A stretch of 36,684 bases of DNA from a virus. Taxonomy: Duplodnaviria; Heunggongvirae; Uroviricota; Caudoviricetes; Crassvirales. Below are positions 16,837 to 25,322 of this stretch, one piece after another. The stretch is from IMG/VR virus record IMGVR_UViG_3300023112_000001; one strand, given 5' to 3'. The notes under the pieces are model-generated. The model made no database searches and was not told the origin of the DNA. It saw only the letters and a list, made by a program, of their open reading frames with translations. Both the position numbers and the translations under genes were made by a program. Positions within the stretch are counted from its first letter, which is position 1. The number at the start of each line of letters is the position of its first letter.

Positions 16837-17492
16837 CTTTAAGAGACTATTCATACTTATTATTAGAAGAGATTAGAAACGCTCATATTGTAGACGACGA
16901 AAGAATAGACTTACGATTTCTAGATACTCTTATTGGCATAAAGAGGGAAAAGGTTTTAAGTAAGGATAATTCTACTTCAGCTCATAATGAAACTCTAAGA
17001 CAAACAATGTGGGTTGATATGGAGCTGGATTCTTCGGGGCACAATCCTTCTATACTTCAGTCAGAAGAATTATTGCCTACCTTTATAGAGAATAAATACG
17101 GACCCCTTATAGATGAGATAAGAGGTACTAATCATATGGCTCCTCATTTTACTGTAGTTCCATTTGATAGAATAAGATGGTGTGGCAATGGTTATTTTAA
17201 TAAAAATAATATATTCGCATCCGTTCATGGTAAAAGAGTCTATTTAAAAAGTAAAGACGACGCCTTTAGATTAATTGAAAGAATTAAAATAGAAGGTGTA
17301 TTTTCTAATCCTATGGAGGTATTAGATGCTAATGGCGATCCTCAACTAACTCCTACGACTGGAACGTATCCTTTAAATGGAGATATTTTTGAATCTGTAA
17401 AAAGCTTAATAAACAAAGAGGATATCGCCTTTATGTTAAGACTGCCATCTGATGAGGTTAATGATGCTACTGGAAATATAACTTTAGATTAA
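16833..17492 (+). CDS. crAss-like tail ring protein (gp40-like), 219 aa
   Basis: MTLRDYSYLLLEEI...DDERIDLRFL start, IEGVFSNP and YPL motifs, and a C-terminal PSDEVND; ATGA-coupled to the previous gene. Confidence 0.65.
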   Translation: MTLRDYSYLLLEEIRNAHIVDDERIDLRFLDTLIGIKREKVLSKDNSTSAHNETLRQTMWVDMELDSSGHNPSILQSEELLPTFIENKYGPLIDEIRGTNHMAPHFTVVPFDRIRWCGNGYFNKNNIFASVHGKRVYLKSKDDAFRLIERIKIEGVFSNPMEVLDANGDPQLTPTTGTYPLNGDIFESVKSLINKEDIAFMLRLPSDEVNDATGNITLD

Positions 17493-17495
17493 TAT

Positions 17496-18047
17496 ATGCA
17501 TGAGAGGGATATTAAAATTACTGGAGGGTTGTATAACGCTTACGCTTTATATAAAAAAGAGTATAGCTCTAAAAAAAATATAGATAGATCTATTTATTGT
17601 AAAGTTTGTCATGAGTTTAATAAAGCTATTTCTCAAAAAATAATTAAAGAATCTTTTGAATTTAAAATTCCTTTTGGTCTTGGATATTTAAGAATAAAGG
17701 CTACAAAGCCAAAATTAAAAATAAAAGATGGCAAAGTTCAAACCCATAAAATGGCTATTAATTGGAATGAAACTTTAAAGTTATGGAAGAAACTTTATAA
17801 TTATGAGAATAAATCAGAGTTAAAAAATATTCCAGATAAAAAAATAGTTATTCATACAAATAATCATACTGATGGGCGTATAATGAGATGGTATTGGGAT
17901 AGAAGAATATCAAATGTTAAAAACCAAACCGTATATATGTTTAAGCCAGTAAAAGGTGGGATATCAAATGATGATTATTGTTATGGAAGATTAGGATTAG
18001 CTAAATGGATATTAAATCCAGATAGATTAAATGAATATTATAGTTAA
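17496..18047 (+). CDS. HU/IHF-like basic DNA-binding protein of crAss-like phages, 183 aa
   Basis: Very Lys-rich, with a HU-like core (FNKAISQKIIKESFEFKIPFGLGYLRIK) and INWNET, HTDG, RWYW motifs. crAss-like phages encode IHF-like genes among the tail genes. Confidence 0.65.
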   Translation: MHERDIKITGGLYNAYALYKKEYSSKKNIDRSIYCKVCHEFNKAISQKIIKESFEFKIPFGLGYLRIKATKPKLKIKDGKVQTHKMAINWNETLKLWKKLYNYENKSELKNIPDKKIVIHTNNHTDGRIMRWYWDRRISNVKNQTVYMFKPVKGGISNDDYCYGRLGLAKWILNPDRLNEYYS

Positions 18048-18052
18048 AAATT

Positions 18053-18928
18053 ATGGCTTACAATAAACGACATGTTGGGTTTTCTAGAATTATAGAAAAT
18101 GTATATAGAACTTCTGGATATGATGATATTGATTGGGAATCTGCTGTAGAATGGACCTCAGCTTTAATGCGTATAATAGGCGTTCCTGCAGCTTTTGTGC
18201 AGAAAAGTACTAATGGGTTAGATGGAAATAGTCTTCCAATAGAAATTTCTAACTATAGAGGTATTTTACCAAACGATATAGTTACCAGAGGATCTTGTAG
18301 AAGAATAGATATTAATGATAATATGGAGATTTATAAGTTCTCCGCAATGCAAGAGACTACAGATTTGTTTTTTCAAACCCCAGGAGCTGAAAGTATCGAT
18401 AATCCAGTATTCTTTGATCCATATTATAATACTGTATATATAGATGAAAATGGTGAATCTCAACCAGTAACATTAACTCAAAGCCCATCTTATTATGGGA
18501 CTGGAGATACGTTCACTTATAAAATAGAGGGAAATATAATCTTCACTAATTTTAAAACAGGTTATGTTGAAATGGAATATAAAGGTTTTGCTATAGACGA
18601 AGATGGTCTTCCAGCAATTCCTGATGATGAAAAATACATAAGAGCTATTGTTTGGGAGATAATTGCAAATACTGATAGAAAAACTTGGCGTAAAAATCCA
18701 TCACCTCAAAACAAATCAATATATAATGATTCCGCTCAGGAAAGAGATTGGGCTGTATCTTCAGCTAGAACTAAAGGTAGAATACCTACTGTTGATGAAT
18801 TAGAGTCAATAAAGAATATGTGGGTTAGAAGTATACCTAAGATTAATGAACATGCTACAGGATTTAAAACTCTTGGAGCTCAAGAAGTTAGATATAATCA
18901 GAATAATAGAACATGGCGCACAAGATAA
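18053..18928 (+). CDS. Tail tubular/ring protein (P22 gp4-like; crAss001 gp43-like), 291 aa
   Basis: YKIEGNIIFTNFKTGYVEMEYKGFAIDEDGLPAIPDDEKYIRAI motif; lies immediately upstream of the muzzle gene. Confidence 0.75.
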   Translation: MAYNKRHVGFSRIIENVYRTSGYDDIDWESAVEWTSALMRIIGVPAAFVQKSTNGLDGNSLPIEISNYRGILPNDIVTRGSCRRIDINDNMEIYKFSAMQETTDLFFQTPGAESIDNPVFFDPYYNTVYIDENGESQPVTLTQSPSYYGTGDTFTYKIEGNIIFTNFKTGYVEMEYKGFAIDEDGLPAIPDDEKYIRAIVWEIIANTDRKTWRKNPSPQNKSIYNDSAQERDWAVSSARTKGRIPTVDELESIKNMWVRSIPKINEHATGFKTLGAQEVRYNQNNRTWRTR

Positions 18929-21900
18929 AAAATACATTCAAAGGGCTTGACACTGATACTAGTATCAATAAATATTCTAATGATAAGTATTATGATGCTA
19001 GAAATATACGAATATTAACAAATGATTCTTTAACTTCTGGGGCAATAAGTAATTTCCCTAGACCTGATATAGAAATAAGTTATGGTGGGTCGGGTCGTAA
19101 AGTTTTAGGAACTACTATGGTTAGAGATACTTTAGTAGTTTTTTGCGTACATGAGTCTTCTGGAGAAAGCCTTATTTTAAAATCTGAGGAAGGTAACGCT
19201 AATTTTATATTAGTATATAGCGATATAAATTCAGATACTAAATTAGAATTTAACGTAGATAATCCTATTAGAGGGGTAGGTCGATATGAATCTGAAACAG
19301 TTCAAAAAGTTTATTGGTGCGATGGATTAAATCCAAACTCATATATAAATATTGCAGATACCTATGATATGGGTGTGGGAACTTCTTATGAGGCAACGTT
19401 ATTTAGATTAACCCCTAATTCAGAATTACACTCCCCAATACCACAAGAAGTAATCTCAGGAGGATCATTAGAGTCAGGGATAATATATTATACCTATCAA
19501 CTATATAGAAACTATGGTAGTGAAACTAGCATGAGTTCAAGTAGTTTTGGCGTACCATTATCTAGTAGAAACGGTTCAGAATTAAATGAATTTCGAGGAG
19601 ATGAAGTTGGGGTCAATACAGGGCAAAGCGTAGAGGTAGAATTCAATAATCTTGATTCAGACTTTGACAGGATTAAAATATATTCACTACTATTTACAGA
19701 TATAGATGCTGACCCTGTTATTAATTTAATTTCAGATAGAGAATACACAGGTGACACACTTACTATAATAGATTCAGGTGCTATAAGCCTAGAGTCCCTT
19801 ACTACTACTGAGTTCTTAGGAATGGGAGGTAGAGTGTTTAGTTCTGAAACCTTAGAGACTAAATACAATTATTTATTTCCTGGCAATATAAAAGAAAGTA
19901 GATCAGATATAGATTTTGATGCTAGAGCGTATAGATATAAGATTCAGCAATTAGATGGGGTTGTGGGTGTTGGTAATGATGTTATTACAACTGGATTATT
20001 TTTTAGAGCTACTTTCCCATCAGGTCTGAAGGAGTTGGGTAATAGTATTTATGCTACAATAACTCCTAACGAATCTACTCCTATAAACTTAACCGTTGCA
20101 GCTAAGACATATGAGGAATTAGATGAACTTATATATACATTTGAAACACCTGATCCAGGAGGAGTATGGGATGATCCAACTAACTTGGAGTTTGGTGAAG
20201 GTGAGGTAGTATACCATTCTGGAATTTTATATAGGTCTTTAGTTGATCATATTAATATTGAGCCTGGCACTAATCCTACTTATTGGCATGTCTTTTTTGA
20301 TCCTGCGTCCTCTACCGTAATAAGTGATGGAGCAGGAATTTATTCTCAAATAGAGACAGTTGGTGGAGCTCAAACCAATATATATCCAGGAGATGATTTA
20401 ACTCTTATTGCAGAGAATCATGATGCTATAAATCAATTTAATAATTTTGAAAAGGATCTTGAATGGTTTAGATCTGGTGAGAGAACTAGCGAGGACGAAT
20501 TTAAATATAACTCTGGAGGATCTATTATTGGAGGGTCAGGCTTAAATATTTCCTATTTATTCACTACTGAAAGTATTGCTGCCAACAGACAGACTGCATC
20601 TTCTGTGGCATTAAGAGATATCCTTACCAAAGATGACAGCTTCTTAAATCCTATTTTAGCAGGTAAATATAAAGGCTATAAAAGAAATGAAGTGTATCGG
20701 TTTGGTATAGAGTTTATTTTTAAAAATGGTCAAAAATCTTTTGTTAAATGGATTGGTGATATTAGATTTCCTACAATGGGGGATGAGCCATTAACTACAG
20801 ATGCTCCAAATTCTGTTGACAATGAACAGTTAGGTTTATTTTTAACAGTCAATTTAACATATTTTGAAGCGAATTATCCTGAAGAATACGCCTCGTTAAG
20901 CGGTATTAAAGTTGTTAGAGCTAAAAGAACTGATTTAGATAAGAATATTCTTTATCAAGGATTGAGCGGACCATATCAATATGTTCCTTGGGATAATGCT
21001 GATGATCCTAGTACTTATGGCTCGTATTCAGTGATACCTAATTCAACTGATATTAGAAAGGGGCTTATTGCTGTTGAAGATACAGATTATCCTGGAAGTA
21101 TTGGCACGGCAGTAGAGGTAGATTTATCAGATAATTTATATGAATTTAATTCTCCTGATTTGATAATTGGTGGGAGTATATCCCATCGTTCTTCGGATAG
21201 CGTTTACTATGCAGGAGCATTAGAAATAAATCGTCATACGGATAGCCCACACGCCACAGGAGGGTCTAACGAGCAGCCTTATTTTAATGAACGTAACTAT
21301 GCGGATCGAGGCGTTTATAATTTTGGACTCAAACAAGAGGTAAATAATATTACAGAATCAAAACTTAATTTTGATGGTTCTACAAATAATGGTCACTCTT
21401 ATTTTTCATCAGAGACTCTTAATAATAGAACTATTATGTGGAGAAGCAGTGGTGATGATGACGGTATTAGAGATAAACATCTAGTTCTAGATTTAGATAC
21501 TTCACCTGCTTTTAAAACTAAAGTAGGTAATCTTTTACCTCCTGCTTGGCTTACATCGAGAACCTATAAGCTACACGATATAGTGGCAAATCCAGGTCTT
21601 TCTATATATTATAGATCATTAGTTTCTAACAATCAAGGTAATTTACCTTCCAGCAGTCCTGCGGAATGGCAGGAGGTCAATATTGAAAAAGATACTTTTA
21701 TAGGAGATTACGTTAGAAACAAATTTGGAAGTCAATATGGAGGAAATTCATATAGTGCTAGACAGTTAACAAGTTTTATACCAACAGTTTGCAAGATTAC
21801 CACAGGAGAAGTGGTTGAGTTTATACCTATTTCAGAATTTGATAATGTTAATAAAGAGGCTGATTTAAGAGTATTTGGAGGCGATACATACGTTTCTAAC

Positions 21901-23337
21901 TTTGATTATATGCGTACAACTTCTGATAGAGAAGCTCCTCATAGTAGCGGATATACTATGCAGGAATATATAACTTTTCCTGTAGAAACTCCTTATAATT
22001 TAGATTATAGACGAGATGAAATTATAAAATACTTTACGGGGTACGCTGAAGCAGATGCTGCAAGCAATGATAACTATAAACTTCAGGTAACTAAGGAGAA
22101 AGGAGTTACCGATTACCCTACTTTATATCCAGATCAGTTAACAGATTTGAATCTGTATAATGATGCTTATTCTAGAAATAATGATATAACTACTAATACT
22201 ATACGACCTGATAATTTTCAAACAGATTTCACCTTAGATACTATGGTATTGGCTTCTAATAAGAAGTTTAATGGTGAATACATAGATAATTGGACTAAGT
22301 ATGACTTTAATACTTTCTTAGAAATAGATAGTTCGTATGGACCTATTAACGTATTAAAAAATTATAATAATAAATTATTTTATTTTCAAGATAATGGATT
22401 TGGTGTATTAGCGGTTGAAGATAGAGAGCAAATTTCTGCTAACTCAGGTATACCGTTAACTTTAGGTACAGGAGCTGTTTTAGAAAGATATGATTATGTC
22501 TCTACTCATTTTGGATGTTTAAGAGATGAGGCTGTTTTAGCCACACCTAATAATCTATACTTTGTAGATGAGCTCGATAAGTCTATTAGGGTAATTTCTG
22601 ATTCAGATTTAAATGGTAATTTAAGTAAGATTAAGGGTGTATCACATAAGCTACAAAGTAATTTACTTGCTTCGGGAAGTGACTATATAGCTCTAGGATT
22701 TGATCCTAGACATAAGGAAGTATTGTTCTCATTTGATAACGATACTATAGTGTATTCAGAATTGCTTCAGCAATTTACAAGTATGTATAGTATATTTGCT
22801 GATCAAGATAGGAGTGTAAGTCCTGATATAGATTTTAAAGCAGATCGCTATAGCGTTATAAATGATGAGTTATATTTGATAGCATTTGATGATGATCAGA
22901 TTGCAATAACTGCTTCTAGAATGGATGCTGATACGGCATATACATTTGCAGAAGATTGCTCGATAACTCTATTAATACATCCTAATGGAAATAATATATT
23001 TACATTTGATAATCTAGATATACGCTCCAATGTATTTGACGCCTTTACTGAATCTCTTCCTCATGATACCGACAATGTTGACGAAACCGTACAATACTTA
23101 CAATTTAAAAATAGCTATTTAGAACAAAACATTGGTGGTGGGCTTACACCTCCTTCAGAACTTAACAGGCTTGCTAGAGCATGGAGAGTGCAAGTGCCTT
23201 TAACTGATAATGATAATAGATTTGTAGATAGTTATTTATTAGTCACCTTAAAATATACTCATTCTGGTAGCACTGGAGATAAGTTTGTATTACATGATGT
23301 AACAACTTATGTTAGACCAACTAAGAATAACATATAG
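18913..23337 (+). CDS. Muzzle / tail stabilisation protein (P22 gp10-like; crAss001 gp44-like), 1474 aa
   Basis: NTFKGLDTD..YYDARNIRI start, VYWCDGLNP, GYKRNEVYRFGI..GQKSFVKWIGDIRFP, FGGDTY, YGPINVL...LFYFQDNGFG, and a C-terminal RAWRVQVP...RFVDSYL. Confidence 0.85.
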   Translation: MAHKIKNTFKGLDTDTSINKYSNDKYYDARNIRILTNDSLTSGAISNFPRPDIEISYGGSGRKVLGTTMVRDTLVVFCVHESSGESLILKSEEGNANFILVYSDINSDTKLEFNVDNPIRGVGRYESETVQKVYWCDGLNPNSYINIADTYDMGVGTSYEATLFRLTPNSELHSPIPQEVISGGSLESGIIYYTYQLYRNYGSETSMSSSSFGVPLSSRNGSELNEFRGDEVGVNTGQSVEVEFNNLDSDFDRIKIYSLLFTDIDADPVINLISDREYTGDTLTIIDSGAISLESLTTTEFLGMGGRVFSSETLETKYNYLFPGNIKESRSDIDFDARAYRYKIQQLDGVVGVGNDVITTGLFFRATFPSGLKELGNSIYATITPNESTPINLTVAAKTYEELDELIYTFETPDPGGVWDDPTNLEFGEGEVVYHSGILYRSLVDHINIEPGTNPTYWHVFFDPASSTVISDGAGIYSQIETVGGAQTNIYPGDDLTLIAENHDAINQFNNFEKDLEWFRSGERTSEDEFKYNSGGSIIGGSGLNISYLFTTESIAANRQTASSVALRDILTKDDSFLNPILAGKYKGYKRNEVYRFGIEFIFKNGQKSFVKWIGDIRFPTMGDEPLTTDAPNSVDNEQLGLFLTVNLTYFEANYPEEYASLSGIKVVRAKRTDLDKNILYQGLSGPYQYVPWDNADDPSTYGSYSVIPNSTDIRKGLIAVEDTDYPGSIGTAVEVDLSDNLYEFNSPDLIIGGSISHRSSDSVYYAGALEINRHTDSPHATGGSNEQPYFNERNYADRGVYNFGLKQEVNNITESKLNFDGSTNNGHSYFSSETLNNRTIMWRSSGDDDGIRDKHLVLDLDTSPAFKTKVGNLLPPAWLTSRTYKLHDIVANPGLSIYYRSLVSNNQGNLPSSSPAEWQEVNIEKDTFIGDYVRNKFGSQYGGNSYSARQLTSFIPTVCKITTGEVVEFIPISEFDNVNKEADLRVFGGDTYVSNFDYMRTTSDREAPHSSGYTMQEYITFPVETPYNLDYRRDEIIKYFTGYAEADAASNDNYKLQVTKEKGVTDYPTLYPDQLTDLNLYNDAYSRNNDITTNTIRPDNFQTDFTLDTMVLASNKKFNGEYIDNWTKYDFNTFLEIDSSYGPINVLKNYNNKLFYFQDNGFGVLAVEDREQISANSGIPLTLGTGAVLERYDYVSTHFGCLRDEAVLATPNNLYFVDELDKSIRVISDSDLNGNLSKIKGVSHKLQSNLLASGSDYIALGFDPRHKEVLFSFDNDTIVYSELLQQFTSMYSIFADQDRSVSPDIDFKADRYSVINDELYLIAFDDDQIAITASRMDADTAYTFAEDCSITLLIHPNGNNIFTFDNLDIRSNVFDAFTESLPHDTDNVDETVQYLQFKNSYLEQNIGGGLTPPSELNRLARAWRVQVPLTDNDNRFVDSYLLVTLKYTHSGSTGDKFVLHDVTTYVRPTKNNI

Positions 23338-23351
23338 AAAATAATATAATA

Positions 23352-23383
23352 TTTGCTTTTTAAATAAATTTTACTTATATTTA
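23352..23383 (+). promoter_or_regulatory. Bacteroidota-type promoter P3 upstream of the cargo/RNAP genes
   Basis: TTTG at 23352-23355, a 20-nt spacer, then TATATTTA at 23376-23383, in the 55-nt intergenic gap before the ATG at 23393. Confidence 0.6.
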
Positions 23384-23392
23384 CACATTACA

Positions 23393-24244
23393 ATGAAAAA
23401 ATCCAAATTAAATAAAAAGCCCTTAAAGAAAGCTAGTTATATACCTATGTATGTTACAGGAGGCCCTGTTATGGAATCTCCTGAAGATGCTCTTGGTGGT
23501 ATAAATAGCGGTAGCAGTAATAGAGGTTTTGGAAATGCTCTAGAAAATGCTAAGACTGGTTTTAATAATAACTATAAATCTATAGGTTCTTCTGCAGCAG
23601 ATGTACATCTTAGCGGTGTTAATAACGCAAGCAACGCTGGTATAGAAACTTATGGTGAAGATAGTTATAATCAAGTTATGGCAGGGGTATCTAAAGCAGG
23701 ACCTATCGGGGCTGCTATTGGAGGAATATCTGCTATAGGTGATGCTATAGGTAAGCCTATTAGAGCTAAAACAGAAGCTATTGATCCAGAAACAGGTGCA
23801 TACAAAGATAGCGGCAAGGCTGAGAGAATGAGAACTGTAGGAAGCTTCCTTAATCCTCTTAAATCTGGATTAGATGCTATGGGAGATCCAAATGCCACTG
23901 GTTGGGAAAAAGTTGGTGCATTCTTAGGTGGTCCTGGAGCGCAAAGATCTATTTCTCGTAGACGAGAAAAAGAACGTATGGAGGCTATTGCTAAACAGAA
24001 TGCTGAAATACAGCGTAATACTGCTGTAGGTACAAGACTTGCAGAGGAATCTATTGCAGAACCTATGCAATTTGCAGGTGGTGGGTATTTAGAAGAAACC
24101 TCTAATAATCCTGATATAACATATTTTGCTAATGGAGGAACTCACGAAGAAAATCCAAATGGAGGAATACCTTTAGGAAATAAAGGCTTAGTTGAAGAAG
24201 GGGAATTCAAATACAAAGACTACATTTTCAGTAACCGATTTTAA
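23393..24244 (+). CDS. Ejected cargo protein 1-like, N-terminal half (crAss001 gp45-like), 283 aa
   Basis: Gly/Ala-rich hydrophobic segment (AGPIGAAIGGISAIGDAIG) and the crAss cargo motif NGGTHEENPNGGIPLG..LVEEGE..YKDYIFSNR. Confidence 0.7.
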   Translation: MKKSKLNKKPLKKASYIPMYVTGGPVMESPEDALGGINSGSSNRGFGNALENAKTGFNNNYKSIGSSAADVHLSGVNNASNAGIETYGEDSYNQVMAGVSKAGPIGAAIGGISAIGDAIGKPIRAKTEAIDPETGAYKDSGKAERMRTVGSFLNPLKSGLDAMGDPNATGWEKVGAFLGGPGAQRSISRRREKERMEAIAKQNAEIQRNTAVGTRLAEESIAEPMQFAGGGYLEETSNNPDITYFANGGTHEENPNGGIPLGNKGLVEEGEFKYKDYIFSNRF

Positions 24245-24247
24245 GAC

Positions 24248-25318
24248 ATGGCTAAGAAACAAAATAAAACATTTGCTCAAAGAGCGAAAAGTATAGTTAA
24301 GAAGTATAAAAGAGCTGATTTTGATCCAATTGAAAAAGCTGCGTTAGATTCTTCTCTGCAAAAATTACAACAAGAACAAGAAGCTTATAAGCAATCTCAA
24401 GGTATAAATACAGTCACTCCTGAACAAACTGGTGGAGATAATGTATTTGCTGGGGATAAAGGAGGTAGTTATCTTCCTACAGAAACTTTTAATAGATTTC
24501 AAACCCCAATGGATGCTACAAAATTAGATGCTTCTTTGCCAACAACATTGTCAGGGAATGATCCATATGAATTTGGCAGTAATGAAAGCCCATACTCTTT
24601 TGGGAAAGAATCTCCTTACTCTTTTACACAACAAGCCGCCCCTACTCCTGTTGCCACTACCGATGCTAGTAATAATGCATCTTATTCTCCTTACAAAACA
24701 TCAATAGCGCCATCATTAATAGGTGGAGTTGCTGAAATAGCTGGCAATATGTATTTAGCTAATCAACAAAAAGGTGGCGATGATCTTAAATTAGATAGAA
24801 TATCAACGCCAAATATTAGCTTAGAACGTGGTAGGCAAGCCGCTAGCAGAGAAGCTACTAGAGCTAAACAACGCACTAAATATGCTGCTAAACAAGGCGC
24901 TCGTACTAGAGGAGAATTAATGGCTAATAGAGTGGCTGGAGAAGCTACCATCTCAGGTAAGTTAGGGGAAACCCTTTCAGCTAGTCATGAAAAAGAAGCT
25001 TTAGTAAACGCTAACATGCAAGCTGGAATGAATGCTAAAAATGCTGAAATAGCTGCTAAAGAAAAGATAATTAATAACGCTCAGAAGATTAAAAATAAAG
25101 CTGAAAGAGAAGCTTATTTGGCAGCTGCTATGGGGACTATTCCTCAAGTTATGAAAGATATTGGTCAAACAAGAAGAGATGATATGTATATAAGCTCTCT
25201 TGGGGATGATTATAATTGGATGACTGGAACAGATCCTGACGCTAAATGGTATCAAAAGAAAAAGAAGCCAGTAAAAGTTTTTACTAATAAAAAAACTGGT
25301 AAACAAACAACAAGATAA
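24248..25318 (+). CDS. Ejected cargo protein 1-like, C-terminal half, 356 aa
   Basis: Starts with KTFAQRAKSI...DPIEKAALDSSLQKLQQEQE, which in homologues follows the SNR motif. It is Ala/Gln/Lys-rich and helical, and in the same frame as the upstream ORF. Confidence 0.65.
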   Translation: MAKKQNKTFAQRAKSIVKKYKRADFDPIEKAALDSSLQKLQQEQEAYKQSQGINTVTPEQTGGDNVFAGDKGGSYLPTETFNRFQTPMDATKLDASLPTTLSGNDPYEFGSNESPYSFGKESPYSFTQQAAPTPVATTDASNNASYSPYKTSIAPSLIGGVAEIAGNMYLANQQKGGDDLKLDRISTPNISLERGRQAASREATRAKQRTKYAAKQGARTRGELMANRVAGEATISGKLGETLSASHEKEALVNANMQAGMNAKNAEIAAKEKIINNAQKIKNKAEREAYLAAAMGTIPQVMKDIGQTRRDDMYISSLGDDYNWMTGTDPDAKWYQKKKKPVKVFTNKKTGKQTTR

Positions 25319-25322
25319 TAAT

